Shown piece after piece: positions 26,952 through 36,135 of a stretch of 64,000 bases of DNA. The stretch is taken from positions 1 through 64,000 of IMG/VR virus record IMGVR_UViG_3300046723_000260, one strand, 5' to 3'. The notes under the pieces are model-generated. The model worked only from the letters and a program-made list of their open reading frames with translations, made no database searches and was not told the DNA's origin. Positions within the stretch are counted from its first letter, which is position 1. Every line of letters starts with the position of its first letter. The translations under genes and the position numbers were made by a program. The stretch comes from a virus.

Positions 26952-28225
26952 GCGTCAGGATCATCGCCGGGGACTGCCTGGCGGAGCTTCGCAAGATGCC
27001 GCCCGAGAGCGTCCACTGCGTCGTGACGAGTCCGCCGTACTACGGCCTGCGAGACTACGGCGCGGCGGGCCAGATCGGTCTGGAGCCGGACTTCCGCGAC
27101 TACGTCGCGAGGCTGGTCGAGGTCTTCCGCGAGGTCCGCCGCGCGCTGCGCTCGGACGGGACGCTGTGGCTCAACCTCGGGGACAGCTACGCGACGGGCG
27201 CCGGCGGCGTCGGTGCCAGGCCTGGCGGCGGCGCGCAGGGCGATGCCTGGGCCGGTTATCGCGGCGGGCGAAACGGATCAGAAGGGAAGCATGCCTACGG
27301 CGAAAACAACGGAGGCGTCGGGCCGATGACGCAGCCGAACCGGATGCCGCAGCGCGGGCTGAAGCCGAAGGACCTCATGGGCATCCCGTGGCGCGTGGCG
27401 TTCGCTCTGCAGGACGACGGCTGGTGGCTGCGCCAGGACATCGTGTGGGCGAAGCCGAACCCGATGCCGGAGAGCGTCACCGACCGCTGCACGAAGTCGC
27501 ACGAGTACCTTTTCCTGCTTTCCAAGAGTCAAAGGTACCATTTCGACCAGGAGGCGATCCTCGAGCCGATCTCGGCGGCGACGGTCGAGCGGCTCTCGCA
27601 GCCGGCGCTGGAGGAGCAGCTCGGCTCGCTCCGCGTCCCGGGCAAGATCAACGGGCCGATGAAGGCGGTGAGCCGGAGCGGCAACGCGCAGGAGGGCGTC
27701 CGGAACAAGCGTTCGGTCTGGACCGTGACGACGATCCCGTTCTCCGAGGCGCACTTCGCGACCTTTCCGCCCGCGCTGATCGAGCCGTGCGTCAAGGCGG
27801 GGACGAGCGAGAAGGGATGCTGCGCGAGGTGCGGCTCGCCCTGGGCGCGGCTCCAGGAACGAACCGTCGGCGGCGTGAGCGTGACGGTGCCGGCGCAGGA
27901 GAGGTTCGCGCGGCGCCCCGACGGCGCTCCGCTGATGGGCGACAACGCCTTCACGCAGGACGAGACGGAGCGCGGCTCGTTCGCCGCCAAGAACGGCGTC
28001 GTCAGGAAGGCCGACGCGGGATGGGCGGCAAGCTGCGAGTGCGGCGCGGGCGTGACGCCCTGCACAGTGCTAGACCCGTTCGGCGGCGCCGGGACTACCG
28101 GCCTGGTCGCCGATCGGCTCGGCCGCGACGCGGTCCTGATCGAGATCAATCCGGAGTACGCCGACATGGCGCAACGCCGCATCGAGAAGGACGCCGGCCT
28201 GTTCGCCAGCGTGGCGGCCGAATGA
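26948..28225 (+). CDS. DNA methyltransferase, N4C/N6A beta class
   Basis: VTSPPY, W.KPNPMPES..DR, HFATFP and DPFGGAGTTG motifs; CxxC...CxC insertion. Confidence 0.9.
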   Translation: MSVRIIAGDCLAELRKMPPESVHCVVTSPPYYGLRDYGAAGQIGLEPDFRDYVARLVEVFREVRRALRSDGTLWLNLGDSYATGAGGVGARPGGGAQGDAWAGYRGGRNGSEGKHAYGENNGGVGPMTQPNRMPQRGLKPKDLMGIPWRVAFALQDDGWWLRQDIVWAKPNPMPESVTDRCTKSHEYLFLLSKSQRYHFDQEAILEPISAATVERLSQPALEEQLGSLRVPGKINGPMKAVSRSGNAQEGVRNKRSVWTVTTIPFSEAHFATFPPALIEPCVKAGTSEKGCCARCGSPWARLQERTVGGVSVTVPAQERFARRPDGAPLMGDNAFTQDETERGSFAAKNGVVRKADAGWAASCECGAGVTPCTVLDPFGGAGTTGLVADRLGRDAVLIEINPEYADMAQRRIEKDAGLFASVAAE

Positions 28226-28911
28226 CCTGGACGCTGGCCTCCGGGCACGATCGCCGCGCGCTGGACGTGGTCGACGGCCTCGGCTGCTGCGCCGAGGCCG
28301 GGCCGCACTACTCGCGCCGCACGCCCGGCGCCCCGAGCTTCACCGGCGTCGGCCAGGAGATCGTGCTCGTGACCGACTGCGGCCGCGCGGTGTGGGCCGC
28401 CGTTCGCAACGAGCTGCCGGCCCCGGCCTTCACCGGATGGCGCTCCAGGCACGGCGACCTGTTCCGGGAGCTGAAGCGCCGCGAGCCAGGGCCGCCGAGC
28501 AAGCCGGGCTTCCTCTTCAGGAACATGATGTTTCGCAACCTCGGCGCCGGGCTGTCGTCGGACCTGATCCGGTCGGCGGTCGAGGAGACCTATCGGCAAT
28601 GGGCGCGGAGGTACGGGACGGTCCCGCCCGAGCGGTTGCGGACCGAGGTCGAGGTTGCGAAGGTCAAGTCCGCGAATCCCGGATACTGCTACCTGATGGC
28701 GGGCTGGGAGCGCGGGCAGATCGTCCGGGGAAAACTGCACCTTTGGGCGCCGATGAGGGAGGAAAGCCGTGACCGAGAAACAGGCCGCCGGTTCGATTCC
28801 GGGGCGGAAGCGGAGGAACGGGAGGGGCCGGGCCAAAAAACGCGCCGGCGAGGCTCCGCCGCGGATGGAGCGGGTCTCGCTCCCGCTCTCGAAGATCTAC
28901 CCCTGGCCTGA
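28222..28911 (+). CDS. Putative Mom/GNAT-like DNA-modifying acyltransferase
   Basis: HYSRR, FRN.G.GLSS.LI and NPGYCY..AGW resemble Mom-like GNAT motifs; lies among MTases. Confidence 0.45.
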   Translation: MTWTLASGHDRRALDVVDGLGCCAEAGPHYSRRTPGAPSFTGVGQEIVLVTDCGRAVWAAVRNELPAPAFTGWRSRHGDLFRELKRREPGPPSKPGFLFRNMMFRNLGAGLSSDLIRSAVEETYRQWARRYGTVPPERLRTEVEVAKVKSANPGYCYLMAGWERGQIVRGKLHLWAPMREESRDRETGRRFDSGAEAEEREGPGQKTRRRGSAADGAGLAPALEDLPLA

Positions 28912-29383
28912 CAATCCGCGGACCCACCCGCCGGCCCAGGTCGCGCTCCTCGCCGAGCTGATCAAGCGGTACGGCCCCGACCAGGACATCGTCGTCGACG
29001 AGGACGGCGTGATCCTCAAGGGCCACGGGCGGCTCCTCGCCGCGACGCTCGCCGGGCTGCGCGAGTTCCCGGTCACGCGCCGGACCGGCCTGTCGGAGGC
29101 CGACAAGACCGCGATGCGGATCCAGGACAACCAGGTCGCCCTGCTCTCGGGCTGGGACCGCGACCTCCTGCGCGGCCAGATCGGCGCGCTGCGGGCGGAC
29201 GGCTTCGACGTGAAGCTGCTCGGCTTCGGCGACACCCAGCTCGTGCAGTTCGAGACGCTGCCGGGGCCGCCCGGCGAGTTCCCGGCGTTCGGGGAGGACA
29301 TCCCGACGGCGTTCTGCTGCCCGAAGTGCGGGTACAAGTGGTCGGGCTCCGCCGCGCCGGGCAAGGCGACGGACGACGAATGA
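28769..29383 (+). CDS. ParB/Srx N-terminal domain protein with C-terminal CPKCG (start may be 28865)
   Basis: NPRTH...Q, IVVDE.GVIL.GHGRL.AA and R..DN motifs. Confidence 0.85.
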   Translation: MTEKQAAGSIPGRKRRNGRGRAKKRAGEAPPRMERVSLPLSKIYPWPDNPRTHPPAQVALLAELIKRYGPDQDIVVDEDGVILKGHGRLLAATLAGLREFPVTRRTGLSEADKTAMRIQDNQVALLSGWDRDLLRGQIGALRADGFDVKLLGFGDTQLVQFETLPGPPGEFPAFGEDIPTAFCCPKCGYKWSGSAAPGKATDDE

Positions 29384-31458
29384 CCGCGTGGTTCTGCCAA
29401 CGCGACGGGCGGACGGGAGCGATCAAACGCCGGTCGCTCGACTTGCATCCGTCGTTCACGATATGCGCGCAGGGGACCGGCGACGCCTTCGCTGGCGAGT
29501 ATTGGATCGAGGAAACGGGTGAGAGCATGATTCCCAAATCGCCGACCGCGCCCAGGCGCGGGGAGAAGCAGTTGTTCGACGGCGGCAAGCCGGAGTACCG
29601 CGTGCCGCTGGTCTCGGAGATCGCGGCGATGCCCTGGAACGGGATGACGGTCGCGACCACCTTCGCGGGCTGCGGCGGCTCGAGCCTCGGCTACCGGATG
29701 GCGGGCTTCCGCGTGGTCTGGGCGAACGAGTTCGTGCCGGTCGCCCAGGAGAGCTACCGGGCCAACATGGCGGCGGGGACCGTGCTGGACGGCCGCGACG
29801 TGCGCGAGATCGAGGCCGCGGAGATCCTGAAGGCCGCGAAGCTGAAGGTCGGCGAGCTGGACCTGTTCGACGGCTCGCCGCCGTGCCAGGCGTTCTCGAC
29901 CGCGGGCAAGCGCGAGCGGGGATGGGGCGAGGAGCGCCAGTACGCCCACGGGGCCAAGCAGAAGAACGAGGACCTGTTCTTCGAGTTCTGCCGGCTGCGC
30001 GACGGCCTGCAGCCGCGGGCGTTCGTGGCCGAGAACGTGTCGGGCCTCGTGAAGGGCGCGGCCAAGGGCTACTTCCTGGAGATCCTGCGGCGGCTGAAGG
30101 TCGGCTACCGGGTCGAGGCGCGGCTGCTCGACGCGCAGTGGCTCGGCGTCCCGCAGCAGCGCCAGCGGATCATCTTCGTCGGCGCGCGCGAGGACCTCGG
30201 GCTCGAGCCCGCGTTCCCGGCGCCGCTGCCGTACCGCTACAGCGTCCGCGACGCGCTGCCGTGGATCGGGCGGGCGACGCTCGACATGGGCGGCAGCTTC
30301 AAGCCCGCCGGCGGCGGCGACGTGACCAACCGCCCGGCGCCGACGATCATCTCCTCGACGTCGCACCACATGAAGGTCGAGGCCGAGATCGTGGTCGGGC
30401 GCGGCAGCAGGCGCAGGCGCGAGAGCGGCGAGCCGTTGAGCGCGGACGAGCCGAGCATGTCGGTGCTGGCCGACGGCGGGCGGAAGAACAGCTCGCAGTT
30501 CATGGTGCAGTACGCCAACGGGCAGCCGCCGCGGGACATCACCGACCTCCCGGCCCCGACGGTCACCGCGGGCCCCGGCGACGGCAGCGGCGGCGGCCCG
30601 CGCAACCACTTCAAGATCGTGAAGAACAAGAACGCCGCGCACCGCGGCAAGGGCCAGGAGTACCCCGAGGACGAACCGGCGCCGACTGTGATGGCGCGGC
30701 GGTCGAACTTCGATGCGGAGATCGTCTACCGGGGGCAGAACGGCGGCAAGGACTACGGCGAGCGCCGAAGGTCCGTCGACGAGCCAAGCGCGGCGATCTC
30801 CTCGCATGGCTACGGAGCGGCGGCGAAGCACCAAGTCCACGTCGAGGAGCGCGTCGTCCAGAACTCGCGCTACGACAAGCAGGTCGACGTGACGGACGGG
30901 CCCGCGCTCACCGTCGGCACCCACGGGCGGGCGAAGTCGTCGAACCATCTGGAGGTCGAGGTCCGCAAGATCGCCAACGGCGACACCGTCCCGGACAACG
31001 TCGCGGCGACGCTGGAGGGCTACGCCGTCGGGGAGGAGTGGGACAAGCTCAACCCGGGCCAGCAGTCCGACAAGTTCTTCTCGCTGGTGCGGCCCGACGC
31101 GGGGAAGCCTTGCCCGACCATCACGGCGATGGGCGTCGGCAGCGTCAACCAGGGATCGCCCGGCGGGACCGCCGCCGTCACGCACCCGACCGAGAAGCGC
31201 AAGTTCACGATCGAGGAGCTGAAGCGGATCTGCGCCTTCCCGGACGACTTCGTCCTGGTCGGCACCTACGGGCAGAGGTGGGAGCGCCTGGGCAACTCGG
31301 TGCCGCCGGTCATGATGCGGCACATCGCGGAGGCGGTCAGGGACCGGGTGTTGCTTCCCGCGCGAGCCGCCGCCAGAAGCGCCGCGCCCGCCGGACGTTC
31401 GCCTCCTCGTTCCACCAGCGGTTCACGCCGGAAGGGTGCGGGCAGATCGCGATCCTGA
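29380..31458 (+). CDS. DNA cytosine-5 methyltransferase with expanded variable region (start may be 29527)
   Basis: FAGCGG, GSPPCQ.FS, ENV.G, Q.R.R and R...FPD...GNSVPP motifs. Confidence 0.9.
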   Translation: MTAWFCQRDGRTGAIKRRSLDLHPSFTICAQGTGDAFAGEYWIEETGESMIPKSPTAPRRGEKQLFDGGKPEYRVPLVSEIAAMPWNGMTVATTFAGCGGSSLGYRMAGFRVVWANEFVPVAQESYRANMAAGTVLDGRDVREIEAAEILKAAKLKVGELDLFDGSPPCQAFSTAGKRERGWGEERQYAHGAKQKNEDLFFEFCRLRDGLQPRAFVAENVSGLVKGAAKGYFLEILRRLKVGYRVEARLLDAQWLGVPQQRQRIIFVGAREDLGLEPAFPAPLPYRYSVRDALPWIGRATLDMGGSFKPAGGGDVTNRPAPTIISSTSHHMKVEAEIVVGRGSRRRRESGEPLSADEPSMSVLADGGRKNSSQFMVQYANGQPPRDITDLPAPTVTAGPGDGSGGGPRNHFKIVKNKNAAHRGKGQEYPEDEPAPTVMARRSNFDAEIVYRGQNGGKDYGERRRSVDEPSAAISSHGYGAAAKHQVHVEERVVQNSRYDKQVDVTDGPALTVGTHGRAKSSNHLEVEVRKIANGDTVPDNVAATLEGYAVGEEWDKLNPGQQSDKFFSLVRPDAGKPCPTITAMGVGSVNQGSPGGTAAVTHPTEKRKFTIEELKRICAFPDDFVLVGTYGQRWERLGNSVPPVMMRHIAEAVRDRVLLPARAAARSAAPAGRSPPRSTSGSRRKGAGRSRS

Positions 31459-31798
31459 AGGCCAACCCGGGAATCCAGACGAACGGCTTCAGCGCGCGCG
31501 GCAGGAAGAACGCCCGCGCGACGTGGTCGCCGAGCAGCACCACCGGGCGGTCGGAGAGGTCGCCGTTCATCATCATGCCGCCGGCGATCTCCTGCGCCTC
31601 GCGGAGCGGGAAGAGGTCGCCCTTCCCCGCCTTCCCGGGGAAGTCGGAGATCACGTTCACGCGCTCGAACAGGAGCGCGAAGTCGTCGGGCCCGAGGCCG
31701 CAAAGCTCGGCCAGCCGCCTTCCGCACCGCCCCGAAAGCGGCCGCGCCGGATCCGTGTTGGGACCCGGCGCTTGGCCGACGATCAGCGGTCTCCTCAC
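31337..31798 (-). CDS. Uracil-DNA-glycosylase superfamily protein
   Basis: IVGQAPG, G..G.RL, VVLLG and PHPSG.NRWWN motifs. Confidence 0.75.
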   Translation of the reverse strand: MRRPLIVGQAPGPNTDPARPLSGRCGRRLAELCGLGPDDFALLFERVNVISDFPGKAGKGDLFPLREAQEIAGGMMMNGDLSDRPVVLLGDHVARAFFLPRALKPFVWIPGLAFRIAICPHPSGVNRWWNEEANVRRARRFWRRLAREATPGP

Positions 31799-32082
31799 GA
31801 GGCGCACCAGCCGGCGAGGATCCAGCGATCCTCGCCGCACCGCGCGAGCATCGGGAGCGACCATTTGTCGTGGTGGTTCTCGAAGATCCACTCGGCGGCC
31901 TCGATGTCGCTGGCGAACTTCCGGTCGCACTTGACCACGCCGATGCCCGCGGTCCCGAGGTGCCCGGTGTAGGGGCCGTGGCCGTTCTCGTGCCGCTCGG
32001 CCGCCTGGTAGTCCTCCGCCTTCTTCACGGCCTCCGTCCAGGTCTTGGCGCAGACGACGTGGCTGCAGGTGTGCGCGCCCAC
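31795..32082 (-). CDS. Hypothetical protein
   Basis: A..E.GH..YTG...W...GW conserved-looking phage protein. Confidence 0.55.
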   Translation of the reverse strand: MGAHTCSHVVCAKTWTEAVKKAEDYQAAERHENGHGPYTGHLGTAGIGVVKCDRKFASDIEAAEWIFENHHDKWSLPMLARCGEDRWILAGWCAS

Positions 32083-32085
32083 GGT

Positions 32086-32517
32086 TCACGCCTCCTGCGG
32101 CGCGACGAAGCGCGAGTAGTAGCGCCCGTCGCGGGTTTCGACCGACCAGCCCGGCATGCTGTGGCGGACGTAGTGGACCTTCGCCCGCATCGGGTGCGCC
32201 TCGATCCCGAACTTCTCGACGAGCTCCGCCATCGACGCGCCCTCGGGGCCGGACATGAACGTCGCGACGTCCAGCGCGGGGACCGGGCCGCCCTTCTTCG
32301 CCGGCGCGGCCTTCGCCTTCGGGGCCGCTTTCGCCTTCGGCTTGTTGGCCTTCGCCTTGGCGACCGTCTTCTTCCGCTTCTTCATCGTGCTCTCCTGTTT
32401 GGGCGCCGAAGCCTTGACCGGCGCGGTGATGACGGGCTTCGCGGGCTTGCCCGCGGTCAGTTCGTAGTTGCGCTCCCGCAGCTCGCGGAGGCGCTGAGCC
32501 TTCGGCCCGAGCTTCAT
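32086..32517 (-). CDS. Lys/Ala-rich protein with C-terminal winged HTH (DUF3489-like)
   Basis: Histone-like KAK tract then PEGASMAEL...G...H.MR. Confidence 0.55.
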   Translation of the reverse strand: MKLGPKAQRLRELRERNYELTAGKPAKPVITAPVKASAPKQESTMKKRKKTVAKAKANKPKAKAAPKAKAAPAKKGGPVPALDVATFMSGPEGASMAELVEKFGIEAHPMRAKVHYVRHSMPGWSVETRDGRYYSRFVAPQEA

Positions 32518-32984
32518 TGCAGCACCCTCCCCCCGACGAGCCCGTCGAAGATCGACACGCCCAGGCTCAGCTCCTTTTGATGCCACCGGCCGACCTTCGC
32601 CTTGCCCCTCGCGTCGCGGACGATGTCGTAGAATCCGGCGATCTCGGCCTCGCTCGGCAGGGCGCTCTGCGCCGTGATCCAGAGGACCTCCTTGCGGTCT
32701 GCCTCCTTCGACGGGACCAGCTTGTCGGTGTTCGTCCCGACCGGGCGGACGACCATCCAGCCCTCGGTGATGACGACGACGCGGCTGGCGCTTCGCGCCC
32801 GGCAGATGTTCCTCACCGCGAGGATCGCGATCTCCTTCTGGGCCTGCCCGCCCCACGGCGCGCCGACCGGGATCACCCCGTCGGGGCACTGGATCAGGAA
32901 CACCGGGATGTGTTCGCCCCTCGCGTCGAACGACCGCCTCGCGGTCTTCTTCGCCTGCTCGAACAGCTCAGACAGCGTCTTCAT
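32514..32984 (-). CDS. Hypothetical protein
   Basis: EGWMV...PS...DRKE motif; coupled. Confidence 0.6.
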   Translation of the reverse strand: MKTLSELFEQAKKTARRSFDARGEHIPVFLIQCPDGVIPVGAPWGGQAQKEIAILAVRNICRARSASRVVVITEGWMVVRPVGTNTDKLVPSKEADRKEVLWITAQSALPSEAEIAGFYDIVRDARGKAKVGRWHQKELSLGVSIFDGLVGGRVLQ

Positions 32985-33196
32985 GCCGAAAAGCCCTCCA
33001 TGTAATCGACGTACAGAAAGGCGTTATTGGCTGGGTCAAACCACGACCGATCCTGCCCGGCCTCAAGTCTGGTCTTCGCCTGCTCGGCGTCGGCTTTCGT
33101 GCCGTAAACGACGCACCAAGTGTCGGTGCAGTTGTCGCCGACGTCCGTGACGTAGTCCTTAACGACGACCCATCGGCCTTCCGTCTTTCGTGCCAT
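32981..33196 (-). CDS. Small hypothetical
   Basis: Strong GGAGGAGG RBS. Confidence 0.6.
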   Translation of the reverse strand: MARKTEGRWVVVKDYVTDVGDNCTDTWCVVYGTKADAEQAKTRLEAGQDRSWFDPANNAFLYVDYMEGFSA

Positions 33197-33206
33197 TTCC
33201 TCCTCC

Positions 33207-33698
33207 TTAGTTGAGCGCCTTCGCGCGGTGAACCTTGACCTTCGAGTACGGCTTCGCGCAGCCCCTCTGCCAAGGGAACAACCCCTCGCGGTCGGGCAGG
33301 ACGACCTGCATCACGCGGTACTTCTGGCGCTTCGCGCGGTGGTAGCTCGTCGCCTGGATCGTGTAGCGTTTCTTCACGCTCTCGGCGGCGTCGACGACGC
33401 AGGCCGGGCACTTGCCGCCCATCTCGACCAGCTCGCCGTCCTCGAACGGCTTGCCGCGCTCGAGCATCATCTTCGACAGCGCGTTGAGGATGTACTCGTC
33501 GTCGTAGAGTCCGACGATGAGCAGCTCCGGCAAGTTCCGGTCGCCGTTCCCGATGGTGTAGACGAAGGCGTCGTTCACCGGGTCCGACGACGGATCGCCG
33601 GGGAACACGCCGACCAGCGCGCGCCCGGTTCGCTCGATGTTGTCGAGCATCTGCTGGCGCACTTTCTCGATGTCTGAGTCGTTCTCGACGAACTTCAT
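33207..33698 (-). CDS. DUF4262-like protein
   Basis: F.YTIG....LPEL...GL and QVV.PD..G.FPW motifs. Confidence 0.75.
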   Translation of the reverse strand: MKFVENDSDIEKVRQQMLDNIERTGRALVGVFPGDPSSDPVNDAFVYTIGNGDRNLPELLIVGLYDDEYILNALSKMMLERGKPFEDGELVEMGGKCPACVVDAAESVKKRYTIQATSYHRAKRQKYRVMQVVLPDREGLFPWQRGCAKPYSKVKVHRAKALN

Positions 33699-33861
33699 CT
33701 GCGAGCCTTCCGTTTTTCGATGATGAGTCGCTGGACTTCCTTCCAAAACGCGCCAGCCGGCGTTCGTTCGTTGTTCATCCGCGCGAAGACGCAGTGAATC
33801 TCGGCGTCGCGTCCGTATCGCTCGATCATGTGGTCGGCGGTTTCGGATGCAGTTCGTCCCG

Positions 33862-34101
33862 TCATCTGCGCGGTCTTTCCCTGTCATGCGCCGCGAGGAG
33901 AAGAGCCTCCGCGGGCGATAAGGCGGGGCCGAGGTAAGGCCCGCGCGCTGAGTAAACGTCGAGCCGATCACGGCGCGGCTTGACGTAGGCGATCAGGAGT
34001 TGACCCATCAGGATTCGCCCGTTCGAGATGGTGTAGGCGGGAGGCGGCCCCCGGAAATTTTCCGGGGGTTTCGCGCCGGCGTTCGTTCTGACCCAGCTCA
34101 C
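33862..34101 (-). CDS. Small hypothetical
   Basis: GTG overlapping upstream stop. Confidence 0.35.
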   Translation of the reverse strand: MSWVRTNAGAKPPENFRGPPPAYTISNGRILMGQLLIAYVKPRRDRLDVYSARGPYLGPALSPAEALLLAAHDRERPRR

Positions 34102-34559
34102 GCAGCACCCTTGACGGGAGGGGCGACCTCGACGAGGCGGAAGTCTTCCGCCGACAAGTCGCGCTTCAAACCGAACCAAGTGCGAGCGTCGCCGGTCGAG
34201 GCGATGAAGGTCCCGTTCCGCCCCTCGATCTTGAAGAGGACCGGCTTCTGCGAGCGGCTGTTCTTCAGCCCGACGATCGTCAGGACGCGCCCTCCGAACG
34301 TGACCGGCTTGTTCAGCCACTCAGCCTTCATCCCGAGGTACTCCGCGTTGTTCGAGTAGAACAGCGCCTCGGGCGTCGTCTTGTTTCCGCTCGCGTCCTT
34401 CAGGTTCTCGTCGATCAAGGTGAGGCGATAAGAGATCGTCCCGTTGATCGGGTCGACCGTCGCGCTGCGCTTGCCGGTCTTCAGACCGAACTTTTTGCAG
34501 ACCTCCTCGATCTCCTTGTCGAGCAGGGGCGCGATCGCGCGGAATTGTTTCAGGTCCAT
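34098..34559 (-). CDS. Hypothetical protein
   Basis: AGGAG RBS; first gene of a leftward unit. Confidence 0.6.
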   Translation of the reverse strand: MDLKQFRAIAPLLDKEIEEVCKKFGLKTGKRSATVDPINGTISYRLTLIDENLKDASGNKTTPEALFYSNNAEYLGMKAEWLNKPVTFGGRVLTIVGLKNSRSQKPVLFKIEGRNGTFIASTGDARTWFGLKRDLSAEDFRLVEVAPPVKGAA

Positions 34560-34604
34560 AAGTCGCTCCTTTAGGGTTTCGATGCGCCTATTCCTGTCGT
34601 GCGC

Positions 34605-34620
34605 GTGGAAAGTTGTCCAC
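34605..34620. promoter_or_regulatory. Putative operator in divergent promoter gap
   Basis: GTGGAAAGTTGTCCAC palindrome. Confidence 0.5.
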
Positions 34621-34742
34621 GCGGGAACACTATTTCGGGCATGGGCAGTGCTCGACCCATGACCCTCGGCCATGCCCGATTCCGTGGACTCTATAGAGGG
34701 CGCACCGCACAGTTCCGGGGTAGCAAAAATGGGAGATTCAAG

Positions 34743-34919
34743 ATGGTTGAAAAACGCGAAACTACAGACGGACGTTTCGTTGAGGTCGCGCCGCGAGAGT
34801 GGTGGGACACTCAAGGCATCGACATCGTCCCGGAACGGGTTGTCGATGCCTATCTGGAGACCAAAAGCGACGTTGGAATCGTTGTGTTCAGAATGGAGGA
34901 CCTCGATGCAACCGTCTGA
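34743..34919 (+). CDS. Small hypothetical
   Basis: GGGAG RBS; MVEKRETTDGRFVEV... Confidence 0.45.
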   Translation: MVEKRETTDGRFVEVAPREWWDTQGIDIVPERVVDAYLETKSDVGIVVFRMEDLDATV

Positions 34920-35271
34920 CCTGAGCCAATTCACCGGGACCGAACTATGGCATCGGCATCCTCTGAACCGGCGCTTCACCTACACCGACGGCGTCGCGTT
35001 CTTCGCCGAGCAGGCGAAGGCCTATTGGCTGCTCGACATCTTCGCGACCGAGCTCGCCGCCCCGCTCAAGCAGGCGGACGGGATGCTGTTCGTGACCTGC
35101 AAGGTCGAGGGCTCGAGCGCAGAGTTGTCGGCGGTGCGCGACGGCGGCGAGCCCCTGCTCTGGAGGCGGCGGATCGACTTCACCGACTGCCCCGAGGGGG
35201 AGTGGAAGTTCTACGTCGCGGAGGGCGGACCGGCGGGGTCGACCGTCATCATGCTCCCCTCTGAATACTGA
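34906..35271 (+). CDS. DUF6876-like protein
   Basis: L.QFTGTE.W.RH, YTDGV...AE...AYWL.D, I.FTD.P and LPSEY motifs. Confidence 0.8.
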   Translation: MQPSDLSQFTGTELWHRHPLNRRFTYTDGVAFFAEQAKAYWLLDIFATELAAPLKQADGMLFVTCKVEGSSAELSAVRDGGEPLLWRRRIDFTDCPEGEWKFYVAEGGPAGSTVIMLPSEY

Positions 35272-35669
35272 GCGGAGATCGAAGGAGACAAGGGCGGGGC
35301 CGAAAGCTCCGCCCTTTTGATTCTGTAGCCCCGCGACGGCTCGTTCTCGATCGCCCACCCGAGTTTGCCGAGCGAGAGGCGCGACGTCTTCAACGCATGT
35401 TGAATCTGGTTGCGCGAGGTCGCCTGCTCGCCCAGGACGCCGCTGAACAGATCGTCGAACGGCGTCCACCTCGGATACCGATCAACGAGGAAGCTGACCA
35501 GCTCGACCGCCCGCGGCGTCGCCTTGAGCGCGAGGCCGCCAGCGATCAGGCAGTTCGTGCGGAGGTCGGCGGTCAAGTCCGCCGACGGCAGCAACCCTCC
35601 GCAGCACGGACAAAGGTTCGACGGCTTCCGCGCCGCCAGATCGTCGATGTAGGCTTTGCGGCGGTTCAT
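35211..35669 (-). CDS. Winged-helix transcriptional regulator (OmpR-C-like) with CPCCG
   Basis: TPR..EL...L....., R..L..LG..IEN...RGYRI. Confidence 0.6.
   Translation of the reverse strand: MNRRKAYIDDLAARKPSNLCPCCGGLLPSADLTADLRTNCLIAGGLALKATPRAVELVSFLVDRYPRWTPFDDLFSGVLGEQATSRNQIQHALKTSRLSLGKLGWAIENEPSRGYRIKRAELSAPPLSPSISAQYSEGSMMTVDPAGPPSAT
35290..35318 (+). terminator. Rho-independent terminator
   Basis: AAGGGCGGGGC-CGAAA-GCTCCGCCCTTTT after the DUF6876 gene. Confidence 0.65.
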
Positions 35670-35955
35670 TGCCCGTTCTCCAAAGTTATCCCCAGGCCGA
35701 ACGATAAGCCCAGCGCCGCCGGCTCGTACAGGGGGGGAAAGTAGAATTTTTTCCCTTCACCGCCGCGCGCGGCTCGGATAGGATCCGGGGATGGATGCAA
35801 TTCACAAATTCCTCGTCGCCGCCGACGAGGCCGGGATGCCTTAACATGGTCAAAATTGCACAGCACATAGCCGCCACCTCGAGCAGCCTAGGCTTGTTTT
35901 CAGTTCGCCGCCCGCCGTGCGTTGAGTACCCGGCGGGCGGCGGTGTGTTCGCGCC

Positions 35956-36135
35956 ATGAGCGAAACCTTCCACATCGACATCGCGGTTTGCCAGGACGCC
36001 GGCGGCTTCTACGCCGCGGTCTTCATCGACGGCGTGCTCGAACGCGAGTCGCCTCGCGGGACAAGAGAGCAGGCGCAAGAGTGGGCCGACTTTATCCAGG
36101 CGATGGCCGAGAGCCTCAAGAACAGGAAACATTGA
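35956..36135 (+). CDS. Small hypothetical (59 aa)
   Basis: Read manually: MSETFHIDIAVCQDAGGFYAAVFIDG...; coupled to the glycosyltransferase. Confidence 0.45.
   Translation: MSETFHIDIAVCQDAGGFYAAVFIDGVLERESPRGTREQAQEWADFIQAMAESLKNRKH

Noticed and set aside
28769-29383. ParB-like protein as the cognate binder of the parS site
   Set aside because: It has only the N-terminal ParB/Srx domain plus a CPKCG tail, with no HTH, no parA, and an MTase neighbourhood. Such proteins usually accompany DNA-modification genes.
34048-34068. Palindrome CCCCCGGAAATTTTCCGGGGG as a regulatory site
   Set aside because: Single occurrence inside a probable small ORF, and it does not match the 16-bp operator spacing.
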